This document shows, piece after piece, positions 9,015 through 18,915 of a stretch of DNA of 64,000 nt. Source of the stretch: Gaiellaceae bacterium (GTDB taxonomy: Bacteria; Actinomycetota; Thermoleophilia; Gaiellales; Gaiellaceae). A program made the translations under genes and the position numbers. The notes beneath the pieces are model-generated. The model worked only from the letters and a program-made list of their open reading frames with translations. It had not been told where the DNA came from and did no database searches. Each line of letters opens with the position of its first letter. Within the stretch, counting starts at the first letter, position 1. The stretch is taken from NCBI GenBank assembly GCA_036274755.1, contig DASUFC010000061.1, positions 3,278-67,277 on the forward strand. Direction: 5' to 3'.

Positions 9015-10540
9015 CCGGGCCGATCGTCCTGACCGGGGAGGATCTGACGGTCGCCGACGTGTGGGCGGTCGCCGTCGAGGGCGCCGCGGTGGCGCTCGGA
9101 GAGTCTGCGAGAGAGCGGATGGCGAGGGCGCGTGCGCTCGTCGACGGGGTCCAGGGCGAGCACACGTACGGCGTGAACACGGGCTTCGGGCGGTTCGTCT
9201 CGGCGCACATCCCGGACGACCTCGCAGAGGAGCTCCAGCTGCGCCTGCTCAGAAGCCACGCGTGCGGCGTGGGGGAGCCGTATCCCGATGACGTCGTGCG
9301 CGCGGCCATGCTCCTGCGCGCGAACACCCTCGCGAAGGGGTTCTCGGGGGCGCACGTCTCGACCGTCGAGCTTCTACTCGAGTGCCTGAACCGCAGCGTC
9401 CTGCCACACGTGCCCGCGCGGGGCTCGGTCGGGGCCAGCGGCGATCTCGCGCCGCTCGCGCATCTCGCGCTGCCGCTCGTCGGCGAGGGTCGGGCGACGG
9501 TCGCGGGGGAGCTCCTGCCCGGCGCGGAAGCGCTGCGCGCGGTGGGGCTCGACCCCATCCGCCTCGCGAGCAAGGAGGGGCTGTCGCTCGTCAACGGGAC
9601 GCAGTTCATGTCGGCCATGGCCGCACTCGGCCTCGTGCGCGCGCGCCGTCTCGCCGCAACGGCCGATCTCGCGTGTGCGCTCTCGCTCGAGGCGCTTCAG
9701 GGGTCGCGCACGAGCTTCCTCGCTTCCGTGCACGCCGCCCGTCCGCTCGCGGGCCAGCAGGAGGCGGCGGCCAACGTCTGGCGACTGCTGGACGGCTCCG
9801 CGATCATCGAGTCGCACCGCTGGTGCGACAAGGTGCAGGACGCGTACTCGCTCCGTTGCGCGCCGCAGGTGCACGGAGCGTGTCGTGACCTCCTCCGGTA
9901 CGTGGAGGCGACGGTCGCCGTCGAGCTGAACGCGGCGACGGACAACCCGCTCGTGCTCGTCGACGAGGGGCTGATCGTCTCGGCGGGGAACTTCCACGGC
10001 CAGCCGCTCGCGTTCGCTCTCGACACGCTCGCGATGGCAGCCGCGGAGCTCGCGAGCATCTCCGAACGGCGGGTCGAGCGGCTCGTGAACCCGTCCCTCT
10101 CCGAGGGCCTGCCGCCGTTCCTCGTCGAGGAAGGCGGCCTCAACTCGGGATTCATGATCCCGCAGTACGTCTCGGCCGCGCTCGTCTCTGAGAACAAGGT
10201 GCTGGCTCATCCCGCGAGCGTCGACTCGATCCCGACGAGCGCGGGCCAGGAGGATCACGTCTCGATGGGGAACGCGGCGGGGCTCAAGGCGCTGCGCGTG
10301 CTCGACAACGCGGAGCGCTCGCTCGCCATCGAACTGCTCGCGGGGACGCAGGCGATCGAGTTCCTCGCCCCGCTGCATCCGGGCACCGGTGTCAGGGCCG
10401 TCCACGACGCCGTGCGCGAGCTCTCGCCGCGCCTCGTCGAGGACCGGTCGCTGAGCGCCGACATCGAGGCGGTGGCGGAGGCAGTCCGCGCCGGGTCGAT
10501 CCTCGAGGCGGCCGAGTCCCGGGTCGGTGCGCTCGCGTGA
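9011..10540 (+). CDS. hutH: Histidine ammonia-lyase
   Basis: 509 aa. MIO-forming motif [21 protein letters not shown] overlap with the upstream gene. Confidence 0.95.
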   Translation: MTGPIVLTGEDLTVADVWAVAVEGAAVALGESARERMARARALVDGVQGEHTYGVNTGFGRFVSAHIPDDLAEELQLRLLRSHACGVGEPYPDDVVRAAMLLRANTLAKGFSGAHVSTVELLLECLNRSVLPHVPARGSVGASGDLAPLAHLALPLVGEGRATVAGELLPGAEALRAVGLDPIRLASKEGLSLVNGTQFMSAMAALGLVRARRLAATADLACALSLEALQGSRTSFLASVHAARPLAGQQEAAANVWRLLDGSAIIESHRWCDKVQDAYSLRCAPQVHGACRDLLRYVEATVAVELNAATDNPLVLVDEGLIVSAGNFHGQPLAFALDTLAMAAAELASISERRVERLVNPSLSEGLPPFLVEEGGLNSGFMIPQYVSAALVSENKVLAHPASVDSIPTSAGQEDHVSMGNAAGLKALRVLDNAERSLAIELLAGTQAIEFLAPLHPGTGVRAVHDAVRELSPRLVEDRSLSADIEAVAEAVRAGSILEAAESRVGALA

Positions 10541-12222
10541 GCGACGGGCTCGTCGAGTCGCTGTGCGGTGACCTCGCCGCGGTTCGCGCGCCGCGTGGGA
10601 CGACGCTGAACGCGCGGAGCTGGGACACGGAGGCGCCCCTGCGCATGCTGCTGAACAACCTCGATCCAGAGGTCGCCGAGCATCCGGAAAAGCTCGTCGT
10701 CTACGGAGGGTCGGGCCGCGCGGCGCGGAGCCATGAGGCCCTGAAGGAGATCGTGCGGACGCTCCTCCGCCTCGGCGACGACGAGACGCTGCTCGTGCAG
10801 AGCGGCAAGCCGGTCGCAGTCTTCCGGACGGGCGAGTGGGCGCCGCGCGTGCTCATCGCGAACTCGCTCCTCGTCCCGCGCTGGGCGACCTGGGATGAGT
10901 TCCGCCGGCTCGAGGCCGAGGGGCTGACGATGTTCGGCCAGATGACCGCGGGAAGCTGGATCTACATCGGGACGCAGGGGATCCTGCAGGGGACGTACCA
11001 GACGTTCGCCGCGGCGGGAGAGCAGCACTTCGGGTCGCCCGATCTGCGCGGGCGCACGATCTTGACCGCCGGGCTCGGCGGGATGGGCGGGGCGCAGCCG
11101 TTGGCGGCGACGATGGCCGGTGCGGCCATCCTGTGCGTCGAGGTCGACCCCACGCGCATCGAACGGCGGCTCGAGACCCGTTATCTCGACCAGGTCGCCG
11201 ACTCCCTCGACGACGCGCTCGGCCGGGTGCGCGGAGCGGCGGCGGAGGGCCGTGCGCTCTCCGTCGGCCTGCTCGGAAACGCGGCGAGCGTCTATCCGGA
11301 GCTCGCCGCGCGAGGCGAGCACTTCGACTTCGTGACCGACCAGACCGCGGCGCACGATCCGCTCACCGGCTACGTCCCGGCGGAAGTGCCCTTCGAGGAG
11401 GCGGCGGCGCTGCGCGAGCGGGACCCGGCCGGCTACGTGCGCCTCGCGCGCGAGTCCATCGTCGCGCACGTCCGCGCGATGACCGAGCTCCGCAGCCAGG
11501 GGAGCTTCGTGTTCGACTACGGAAACAACCTGCGCGGGGTAGCGCTCGACGCCGGCTTCGCGGACGCGTTCTCGTATCCGGGATTCGTGCCGGCCTACAT
11601 CCGGCCGCTGTTCTGTCGTGGGGTCGGGCCGTTCCGCTGGGCCGTTCTCTCGGGCGATCCGGCCGACATCGCCGCGATCGACGTCGAGCTCGCTGCGCTG
11701 TTCCCGGACGATGCCCTCCTCCAACGCTGGCTCGAGCTCGCGCCCGCCCGCGTGGCATTCCAGGGCCTTCCCGCCCGGATCTGCTGGTTGGGCTACGGCG
11801 ATCGCGCCAGGGCTGGTCGTGCGATCAACGAGCTCGTCCGCTCGGGCGCGGTCTCGGCTCCGGTCGTCATCGGGCGCGACCACCTGGACGCCGGCTCGGT
11901 CGCGTCCCCGTATCGCGAGACCGAGGCGATGCGCGACGGCTCCGACGCGATCGCCGACTGGCCGATCCTGAACGCGCTCGTGAACGTCGCGGCCGGCGCG
12001 ACGTGGGTCAGCGTCCATCACGGCGGCGGGGTCGGGATCGGCAACTCGATCCATGCGGGGATGGTCGTCGTCGCGGACGGGAGCGACCGCGCCGCCGAAC
12101 GGCTCGAGCGCGTCCTCACGACCGATCCGGGAATGGGCGTCGCGCGCCACGCGGACGCCGGGTACGACGAGGCGCTCGCGGCCGCGCGTGCCCACGCGCT
12201 CGACCTCCCGTCGGTCTCGTGA
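10537..12222 (+). CDS. hutU: Urocanate hydratase
   Basis: 561 aa. Motifs: [40 protein letters not shown] overlap. Confidence 0.95.
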   Translation: MSDGLVESLCGDLAAVRAPRGTTLNARSWDTEAPLRMLLNNLDPEVAEHPEKLVVYGGSGRAARSHEALKEIVRTLLRLGDDETLLVQSGKPVAVFRTGEWAPRVLIANSLLVPRWATWDEFRRLEAEGLTMFGQMTAGSWIYIGTQGILQGTYQTFAAAGEQHFGSPDLRGRTILTAGLGGMGGAQPLAATMAGAAILCVEVDPTRIERRLETRYLDQVADSLDDALGRVRGAAAEGRALSVGLLGNAASVYPELAARGEHFDFVTDQTAAHDPLTGYVPAEVPFEEAAALRERDPAGYVRLARESIVAHVRAMTELRSQGSFVFDYGNNLRGVALDAGFADAFSYPGFVPAYIRPLFCRGVGPFRWAVLSGDPADIAAIDVELAALFPDDALLQRWLELAPARVAFQGLPARICWLGYGDRARAGRAINELVRSGAVSAPVVIGRDHLDAGSVASPYRETEAMRDGSDAIADWPILNALVNVAAGATWVSVHHGGGVGIGNSIHAGMVVVADGSDRAAERLERVLTTDPGMGVARHADAGYDEALAAARAHALDLPSVS

Positions 12223-13448
12223 GCTCGCTCCTGATTCGCGACCTCGCGCAGGTCGCGTCGCCGGCGGGCACGGCGGCTCCGCTCCGGGGAACCGCAGTGC
12301 GCGAGATCGACGTGATCGAGGATGCGTACGTCCTCTGCGAGGACGGTCGCGTCGCGGCGACGGGGCGGATGCGCGAGCTCGGCGCGCTGGACGGCGACGT
12401 TCGCGAGATCGACGGCCGTGGTCTGTCGGCGATCCCGGGCCTCGTCGACTGCCACACCCACGCGTGCTTCGCGGGTGACCGCGTGGAGGAGTTCTCGCTG
12501 CGCGCCGCGGGCGCGACCTACGAGGAGCTCCACGCGCGGGGGGGCGGGATCCTCTCGACCGTTCGGGCGACGCGTGCGGCCGGCGAGGAAGGGCTCACCG
12601 CGGCGCTCGCCGAGCACGTCGGCTGGATGCTCCGGTCCGGGACGACGACGTTCGAGGCGAAGTCCGGCTACGGGCTCGATCGGGAGACCGAGCTCGCGCA
12701 GCTCCGCGCGGTGACCGCAGCGGGCGGCGTCGCGACCTGGCTCGGAGCGCATGCCGTCCCGCCGGAGTACACGGAGAGCGGGGCGGACACGTATCTCGAC
12801 TTCCTGATCGAGGAGGTGCTGCCCGACGCTGCGCGGATCGCGGAAGCCGCCGACGTCTTTCTCGAGCGCGGAGCGTTCGACGCCGGCCAGGCGCGGCGCT
12901 ACCTGACGGCCTGCCGCGACGCGGGCCTCGCGCTTCGGCTTCACGGCGACCAGTTCACGGAATCGGGAGCGATCCCGCTCGCGATCGAGCTCGGGGCGCG
13001 CTCGGTCGACCACCTCGAGGCGACCGGACGCGTCGGCGTCGTCGCTCTCGCTGCGAGCGACGTCACGGGTGTGCTCCTTCCCGCGAGCGCGCTCTTCCTG
13101 GGCCGGCCGATGCCGCCCGCGCGGGCGCTCGTCGACGCGGGGGCGGCGGTCGCGCTCGCTACGGACCTCAACCCCGGCAGTGCCTTCTGCGAGAGCCTCC
13201 CGCTCGTCTGCTCGCTCGCTGCGACGCAGATGGGGCTCGCGCCCGAGGAGGCCCTCACCGCGTGCACGGTGAACGCGGCGCACGTGCTCGGCCGCGCGGA
13301 CCGGAAGGGTCGTCTCGCGCCGGGGCTCGACGCCGACGTCGTGCTGGTCGCGGCCGAGGATTGGCGCCATCTCGCGTACCACCTCGGCGGGCCCGTCGTG
13401 CACACCGTGATCGCAGGCGGGGAGATCGCCCTGGAACGCTCGGCATAA
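12219..13448 (+). CDS. hutI: Imidazolonepropionase
   Basis: In frame with ORF 11133..13448. GTG at 12219 overlaps the hutU stop (GTGA). Motifs: [31 protein letters not shown]. Confidence 0.9.
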   Translation: MSSLLIRDLAQVASPAGTAAPLRGTAVREIDVIEDAYVLCEDGRVAATGRMRELGALDGDVREIDGRGLSAIPGLVDCHTHACFAGDRVEEFSLRAAGATYEELHARGGGILSTVRATRAAGEEGLTAALAEHVGWMLRSGTTTFEAKSGYGLDRETELAQLRAVTAAGGVATWLGAHAVPPEYTESGADTYLDFLIEEVLPDAARIAEAADVFLERGAFDAGQARRYLTACRDAGLALRLHGDQFTESGAIPLAIELGARSVDHLEATGRVGVVALAASDVTGVLLPASALFLGRPMPPARALVDAGAAVALATDLNPGSAFCESLPLVCSLAATQMGLAPEEALTACTVNAAHVLGRADRKGRLAPGLDADVVLVAAEDWRHLAYHLGGPVVHTVIAGGEIALERSA

Positions 13449-13456
13449 TCGCCCGG

Positions 13457-13834
13457 ATGGCAACCAAGAAGCAGCGACGTCGCCGGGCGAAGGAGCATCG
13501 CCACGACTACGTGTGGGTCGACGACGAGGGGAACGAGGTCGACCCCGCGGACGCGACACCGGCCAAGACCACGACGACGCGCGCGCGGTCGTCGGGGCGA
13601 GACCCGCAGGCGCCGTCCTGGCGGCGTACCTTCAAGCGCGGCGCGATCTTCGCGCCGATCATGTTCGCGACCGTGCTCCTGCTCTCGCCCGACATGCCGA
13701 TGGCCACGAAGATCACGCAGACGCTCCTGATCGTCGCGATCTTCGTCCCCTTCAGCTACTTCCTGGACAGGCTCTTCTACCGCTCGGCACTGCGTCGCGC
13801 GGCGCGCCAGGCCGACAGCCGGCGCGGAAGCTGA
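13457..13834 (+). CDS. Hypothetical membrane protein with basic N-terminus
   Basis: ATG at 13457 within ORF 13262..13834 (MATKKQRRRRAKEHRHDYVWVDDEGNE...). Two predicted TM helices. High GC3. Confidence 0.5.
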   Translation: MATKKQRRRRAKEHRHDYVWVDDEGNEVDPADATPAKTTTTRARSSGRDPQAPSWRRTFKRGAIFAPIMFATVLLLSPDMPMATKITQTLLIVAIFVPFSYFLDRLFYRSALRRAARQADSRRGS

Positions 13835-13845
13835 CGACGCCTGAG

Positions 13846-14493
13846 ATGGCGCTGCGCGTGGACACGCTGTCGCTCGGACCGATCGGGACGAACTGCTACG
13901 TCGTCCGTAGGGACGCGAGCGCGCAGGACGCCGTCGTCCTCGATCCGAGCGGGGAGGCGACCGAGCTTCGGCTGACGCTCACGCGGCTCGGTGCGACGTG
14001 CACCGCGATCCTCGTGACGCACGGGCACTGGGATCACCTCGTCGGCGTTGCAGATCTCTCGGAGGGGACGGGCGCACCCGTGCACATGCCCGAGGGCGAG
14101 CGGGCGCTTCTCGAAAGCCCGGAGGCGTTCACACCAACGGGTGTGACCGTGCGCGGCCACACACCGGAGGTGCTGCTCGACGGCGGCGAGACGCTCGAGC
14201 TCGCAGGCGTCTCGTTCGAGGTCGTCGCCGTCCCCGGCCACTCGCCGGCGCACGTCGCGTACTACGCGGACGGTCATCTCTTCTCGGGCGACGTGCTCTT
14301 CCAGGGCTCGGTCGGGCGCACGGACCTGCCCGGAGCGGACTGGGACACGCTGCTCGGGTCGATTCGCACGCTCGTCGACCGCTTCCCGGCCGAGACGACC
14401 GTGTACCCGGGTCACGGGCCGACGACGACGCTGGGAGACGAGCTCGCGCGGAACCCGTTCCTCGCCGACCTGCGCGCGGAGCGAGCCGGGTGA
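13846..14493 (+). CDS. MBL-fold metallo-hydrolase (glyoxalase II-like)
   Basis: ATG at 13846 within ORF 13513..14493. Motifs: ILVTHGHWDHLVG, VPGHSPAHV, GRTDLPG, VYPGHGP. Confidence 0.85.
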   Translation: MALRVDTLSLGPIGTNCYVVRRDASAQDAVVLDPSGEATELRLTLTRLGATCTAILVTHGHWDHLVGVADLSEGTGAPVHMPEGERALLESPEAFTPTGVTVRGHTPEVLLDGGETLELAGVSFEVVAVPGHSPAHVAYYADGHLFSGDVLFQGSVGRTDLPGADWDTLLGSIRTLVDRFPAETTVYPGHGPTTTLGDELARNPFLADLRAERAG

Positions 14494-15743
14494 GCACGTC
14501 GAAGATCGAGCGGCCGCGCGGGACGCACGACGTGACTCCGGCCGAGCAGCCGCAGTGGCGGCGCGTGACGTGCGAGATCGAGCGGCTCTGCGCCCTCTAC
14601 GGGTACCACGCGATCACCACGCCGGTCTTCGAGGACACGGCACTCTTCGAGCGGACCTCCGGTCAGGGCTCCGACGTCGTCCAGAAGGAGATGTACACGT
14701 TCACGGACCGCTCGGACCGCTCGCTCACGCTCCGTCCCGAGGGCACCGCGCCGATCTGCAGGGCGTACGTCGAGCACGGCCTGCACCGCGAGCCGCAGCC
14801 GGTGAAGCTGTTCACGATCGGGCCCATGTACCGGTACTCCGCGCCGGGGCGGGGCCGCTACCGCGAGCACTGGCAGGCTTCGGTCGAGGCGATCGGCAGT
14901 GACGACGCCTCGATCGACGCCGAGCTCATCCAGCTGTACGACACGCTCCTCGCGCGCCTCGGCGTTCGGCACTACCACCTCGAGCTCAACTCGATCGGCT
15001 GTCGCGAATGCCGTCCCGCGTACCTCGTGGCGCTTCGCGACTGGCTTGCCGCGAACGATTCCCGGCTGGATGCGGGAACGCGCGAGAAGGCTGCCACGAC
15101 CCCGCTCCGCGTCTTCGACAACTATGCGGCGAAGCCCGACGCCGTGCGGGAGGCGCTCGACGAGGCGCCCAAGATCGGCGAGTCGCTGTGCGCCGAGTGC
15201 GTGGAGCGGTTCGCCGTCGTTCGGCGCGACCTCGACGCGGCGGGTGTCGAGTACCGGCTCGAGCCGACGCTGGTGCGGGGGCTCGACTACTACTCGCGGA
15301 CGACCTGGGAGTTCGTCGGGCCTCTCGCGAACGAGAACGCGACACTCTCGGGCGGCGGCCGCTACGACTATCTCGTCGAGGAGATCGGCGGCCCGCCGAC
15401 CCCGGGCGTCGGCTTCGGCGCCGGGATCGAGCGGTTGCTGATCGCGCTGGAGGAGGAGGGAGTGGCGACGGACGCGGCTCCGAGCGTGGACGTCTTCTTC
15501 GCGCTCGAGCCCGACGCTCCGCGCGAGCTCGTGGCCGCCTGGCTCGCTCAGCTCCGCGGATCGGGGGTCTCGGCGGATACGGACTACGCGGGCCGCTCGT
15601 TGAAGGGTCAGCTCACGCAGGCACGGCGGCTCGGCGCCGCGACTACCGTTGTCGTCGATCCTCGCCGCGCGACGATCCGCCGGGCTGGGAGCGCCGACGA
15701 GGAGGTCTCCCACGACGAGCTTCCGGCGAGACTGTCCCTGTGA
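14490..15743 (+). CDS. hisS: Histidine--tRNA ligase
   Basis: GTG at 14490 (GTGA overlap). Motifs: RGTHDV, MYTFTDRSDRSLTLRPEGTAPICRAY, GGGRYDYL, GFGAGIERL. Confidence 0.95.
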   Translation: MSTSKIERPRGTHDVTPAEQPQWRRVTCEIERLCALYGYHAITTPVFEDTALFERTSGQGSDVVQKEMYTFTDRSDRSLTLRPEGTAPICRAYVEHGLHREPQPVKLFTIGPMYRYSAPGRGRYREHWQASVEAIGSDDASIDAELIQLYDTLLARLGVRHYHLELNSIGCRECRPAYLVALRDWLAANDSRLDAGTREKAATTPLRVFDNYAAKPDAVREALDEAPKIGESLCAECVERFAVVRRDLDAAGVEYRLEPTLVRGLDYYSRTTWEFVGPLANENATLSGGGRYDYLVEEIGGPPTPGVGFGAGIERLLIALEEEGVATDAAPSVDVFFALEPDAPRELVAAWLAQLRGSGVSADTDYAGRSLKGQLTQARRLGAATTVVVDPRRATIRRAGSADEEVSHDELPARLSL

Positions 15744-17491
15744 GCGCCTGGCGCGATCTCATGTGCGGCGAGCCGCGCCCTGACCAGGTCGGGAGCGAGC
15801 TCACGCTGTCGGGCTGGGTCGCCCGGCGCCGCGACCACGGCGGACTCGTCTTCGTGGACCTGCGGGACCACACGGGTGTGACGCAGCTCGTCATCAACCC
15901 GGAGCGCTCCCCGGTCGCCGCCGAGATCGCGAAGGAGATCCGCAACGAGTTCGTCCTCCGCGCGCGCGGCGAGATCGTGGCCCGGGCGCCGGAGACGGTG
16001 AACGAGGCGATGCCGACCGGCGAGGTCGAGCTGCAGGTCGACGAGCTCGAGATCGTCTCGCGCTCGACCCCGCTGCCGTTCCAGCTCGACGAGGAAGGCG
16101 TCGACGAGACCCTGCGCCTGCGCTACCGCTGGCTCGATCTGCGCACGCCGCGGATGCAGCGAAACATGCGGCTGTCGCACACGGTGATCTCCTCGATTCG
16201 GCGGACGATGGACGCCCTCGACTTCGTCGACGTCTGGACGCCGAGCATGACGCGCGGGACCCCGGAAGGCGCACGCGACTTCCTCGTACCGGTGCGCCTT
16301 CAGCCCGGCCGCTTCTTCGCTCTCGCGCAGTCGCCGCAACTCTTCAAGCAGCTGTGCATGATCGGCGGTCTCGATCGCTACTACCAGATAGCGACGTGCT
16401 GGCGGGACGAGGATCTCCGTGCCGACAGGCAGTTCGAGTTCAGGCAGCTCGATCTCGAGATGGCGTTCGTCGAGCGGGAGGAGGTGCTCGACGTGCTCGA
16501 GCGGGTCGTCGTGGACGCATTCGCGGCGCTGGGCCGCGAGACGCCTGCGCGACCTTTCCCGCGACTCACGTACGCGGACGCGCTCCTCCGCTACGGGACC
16601 GACAAGCCCGATCTGCGCTTCGCCCTCGAGATCCAGGACGCGACCGAGGTGACGCGCGGCTCGGAGTTCGGCGTCTTCGCAGGCGCCGACACCGTGCGCT
16701 TCCTGACGGTGCCCCGCGTCTTCTCGCGGACCGAGCTGCAGCGCCTCGAGGAAATCGCGAAGGAGTGGGGCGCGAAGGGGCTCGCCTACCTCGTCTACGA
16801 CGGCGACGAGGTGCGCTCGCCGATCGCGAAGTTCCTGTCGCCCACGGAGCTCGACGCGTTCCGTGCCGAGCCAGGCTCGACCGTGCTCTTCGGAGCCGGC
16901 GACGAGGCGACGGTCGCGCGCGTTCTCGGCGGAATGCGCACCCACCTGGGTCGCGAGCTCGAGCTCGCGTCGGACGAGGAGCTCTTCCACTGGGTGGTCG
17001 ACTTTCCGCTCTTCGAGATCGACGACGAGACCGGTTCCTGGACGTTCCTCCACCATCCGTTCACGGCGCCGATCGCATCCCACGAGGAGCGCGTCGCCGG
17101 AGACCCGGGAAACGCGCTGAGCCAGCACTACGACCTGATCTGGAACGGCTGGGAGCTCGGCTCCGGTTCGATCAGGATTCACCGAGCCGAGGTCCAGCAA
17201 GACGTGTTCCGCACGATGGGCATGGCCGACGACGAGGCGCGCGAGAAGTTCGCGTTCCTCCTCGACGCGCTCGCGATGGGCGCTCCCCCGCACGGCGGGT
17301 TCGCGATGGGGATCGAGCGCTTCGTGGCGCTCATGGCCGACGAGCCGAACATCCGACAGGTCGTCGCGTTCCCGAAGGTCTCGAGCGGTTCGGACCCGCT
17401 GACGGGCGCCCCGGCTCCCGCCGGCTCGCAGCAGCTTCGCGATCTGGGGCTCGAGCTCGTCGGGGAGTTGCCACCGAGCGCCACCGCGTGA
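15740..17491 (+). CDS. aspS: Aspartate--tRNA ligase
   Basis: GTG at 15740 (GTGA overlap). Motifs: GWVARRRDHGGLVFVDLRDHTG, QSPQLFKQL, CWRDEDLRADRQFEFRQLDLEM, GGSIRIH-type GSGSIRIH, GFAMGIERF. Confidence 0.95.
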   Translation: MSAWRDLMCGEPRPDQVGSELTLSGWVARRRDHGGLVFVDLRDHTGVTQLVINPERSPVAAEIAKEIRNEFVLRARGEIVARAPETVNEAMPTGEVELQVDELEIVSRSTPLPFQLDEEGVDETLRLRYRWLDLRTPRMQRNMRLSHTVISSIRRTMDALDFVDVWTPSMTRGTPEGARDFLVPVRLQPGRFFALAQSPQLFKQLCMIGGLDRYYQIATCWRDEDLRADRQFEFRQLDLEMAFVEREEVLDVLERVVVDAFAALGRETPARPFPRLTYADALLRYGTDKPDLRFALEIQDATEVTRGSEFGVFAGADTVRFLTVPRVFSRTELQRLEEIAKEWGAKGLAYLVYDGDEVRSPIAKFLSPTELDAFRAEPGSTVLFGAGDEATVARVLGGMRTHLGRELELASDEELFHWVVDFPLFEIDDETGSWTFLHHPFTAPIASHEERVAGDPGNALSQHYDLIWNGWELGSGSIRIHRAEVQQDVFRTMGMADDEAREKFAFLLDALAMGAPPHGGFAMGIERFVALMADEPNIRQVVAFPKVSSGSDPLTGAPAPAGSQQLRDLGLELVGELPPSATA

Positions 17492-17946
17492 CCGCAGCGT
17501 CAGCCACACTTGGCGGCGTGTCGGCGTCGCTCACGCAACGACTTGCGATTCTCGGCGCCGTCGCACTGCTCGCGAGCGTCGCCGCGATGGCGATCGTCGA
17601 GAAGCGCGGCACGAACGAGAGCGCAGCCGCGCTCACGAGCGCGCCGGCGCCGGCAGGCTGGAACGTCGCGTTCGCCGGCTCGCGCGGCGCGACAGGGGAC
17701 GCGCAACGGACCACGTGCGGGCAGGTGCTGTCTCCACGCTCGCTCGGAGTGACACACCCGGTGCTCCCGTGCGGCGCGAAGGTGATCCTGCGCTCCGGCG
17801 ACAAGCAGGTGCTCACCGAGGTCATCGACAACAAGCTCGCCGTTCCCGGGCGCCAGCTGGAGGTCACCCAGTCGCTCGCGAAGATGCTCGGGATAGAGGG
17901 CACCGTCGAGCTCGAATGGCGCTTCGCAACGAGCGGGGGCAGCTAG
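17488..17946 (+). CDS. Membrane-anchored RlpA-like double-psi beta-barrel (DPBB) protein
   Basis: GTG at 17488 (GTGA overlap with aspS; GTG at 17518 is an alternative). TM or signal segment is LAILGAVALLASVAAMAIV. Then TTCGQVLSPRSLGVTHPVLPCGAKVILRSGDKQVLTEVIDNKLAVPGRQLEVTQSLAKMLG, which resembles the RlpA/DPBB pattern. Confidence 0.6.
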   Translation: MTAASATLGGVSASLTQRLAILGAVALLASVAAMAIVEKRGTNESAAALTSAPAPAGWNVAFAGSRGATGDAQRTTCGQVLSPRSLGVTHPVLPCGAKVILRSGDKQVLTEVIDNKLAVPGRQLEVTQSLAKMLGIEGTVELEWRFATSGGS

Positions 17947-18117
17947 GATCAGCCCGCTCGACCCTGTGCGTGGCCCCGGCTTCTACGTGAACCAACAGAC
18001 ACGTAAAGGGAGTCGGCGTCGGAGATAGGCGTTGCCGACGCTCCGCACGGCACCCACCTGGCTCGCCAGGTTCGCAATGGCCGGGGATTCATCGGCAGGG
18101 TGGAGCACGTGTTTTCG

Positions 18118-18160
18118 GCGCAGGAGCGGAAACCGGCTAGCGCCGGTTTCCGCTCCGCGC
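18118..18160. other. Long near-perfect hairpin (15+4 bp stem, tagc loop) whose right arm is the start of repeat copy 1
   Basis: gcgc-a-ggagcggaaaccggc tagc gccggtttccgctcc-gcgc. No flanking U-tract on either strand. Confidence 0.6.
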
Positions 18161-18191
18161 AAGACCCCTGAAGCCGGTCGCTTCGCGACCG
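18142..18191. repeat. 50-nt direct repeat, copy 1
   Basis: gccggtttccgctccgcgcaagacccctgaagccggtcgcttcgcgaccg. Identical at 50/50 positions to 18228..18277. Contains the hairpin ccggtcgc-ttc-gcgaccgg at its 3' end. Confidence 0.9.
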
Positions 18192-18227
18192 GATCCCGGC
18201 GGCTGGCATTTCGGTGTCCCGGGTCGA

Positions 18228-18277
18228 GCCGGTTTCCGCTCCGCGCAAGACCCCTGAAGCCGGTCGCTTCGCGACCG
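18228..18277. repeat. 50-nt direct repeat, copy 2
   Basis: Identical to 18142..18191. The copies are separated by 36 nt (gatcccggcggctggcatttcggtgtcccgggtcga). Confidence 0.9.
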
Positions 18278-18339
18278 TGTCGTAGCGACTGGCCCTGGTC
18301 GGCGTGAATCCGCCGCGTTGGGGCGGGCAGAATCGCCCC

Positions 18340-18906
18340 GTGACGGTCTTCGTCGAGACGGAGCGCCTGCTGCTACGCCGCTTCACACCCGACGACGTGG
18401 ACGCGCTCGTCGATCTCGACTCGGACCCGGCGGTGATGCACTACGTCACGGGCGGGATCCCGACGTCCCGGAAGGAGATCGAGCACGACGTGCTCCCGGC
18501 GTTCCTCGCCTGGCACGAGCGGCACGCAGGGCTCGGCTTCTGGGCGGCGGAGGAGAAGGCGAGCGGCGAGTTCCTCGGCTGGTTCCATCTGCGTCCTGGC
18601 GACGACGCTCCACCTGGCGAGGTCGAGCTCGGCTACAGGCTGCGGCAGTCGGCGTGGGGGAAGGGTTACGCGACCGAGGGCTCGCGGGGGCTCGTCGACA
18701 TGGGGTTCGGCGAGCACGGCGTCGAGCGCGTCGTCGCGTACACGATGGCGGTGCACGTGGCTTCCCGGCGCGTGCTCGAGAAGTCCGGCCTCCGCTTCGT
18801 ACGTCAGTTCCACGCTGCCTGGCCGTATCCGATCCCCGGTGACGAGGAGGGTGACGTCGAATACGCGCTGCGCCGCGAGGAGTGGGAAGTTCGGCGCCGG
18901 GGCTAG
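18340..18906 (+). CDS. GNAT family N-acetyltransferase (RimJ/RimL-like)
   Basis: ORF 18304..18906. GTG at 18340 gives VTVFVETERLLLRRFTPDDVDAL, the typical N-terminus of this family. Also YRLRQSAWGKGYATEG and the acetyl-CoA region. The start is uncertain (18304 or 18340). Confidence 0.8.
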   Translation: MTVFVETERLLLRRFTPDDVDALVDLDSDPAVMHYVTGGIPTSRKEIEHDVLPAFLAWHERHAGLGFWAAEEKASGEFLGWFHLRPGDDAPPGEVELGYRLRQSAWGKGYATEGSRGLVDMGFGEHGVERVVAYTMAVHVASRRVLEKSGLRFVRQFHAAWPYPIPGDEEGDVEYALRREEWEVRRRG

Positions 18907-18915
18907 CCTGGGGCG

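Noticed and set aside
18142-18277. Mini CRISPR array (two 50-nt repeats with a 36-nt spacer; the reverse strand reads GTCGC...GGAAAC)
   Set aside because: There are only two copies, and 50 nt is at the extreme of CRISPR repeat length. There is no third, degenerate repeat at the expected 86-nt periodicity on either side. There are no cas genes or leader-like AT-rich sequence in the window. It is kept as an unexplained repeat instead.
17949-18386. ORFs 17949..18386 (-) and 18032..18307 (+) in the large gap
   Set aside because: They are Arg/Ser/Pro-rich and have no SD. The 86-nt repeat period puts the two repeat copies in different frames, which argues against selection on a protein.
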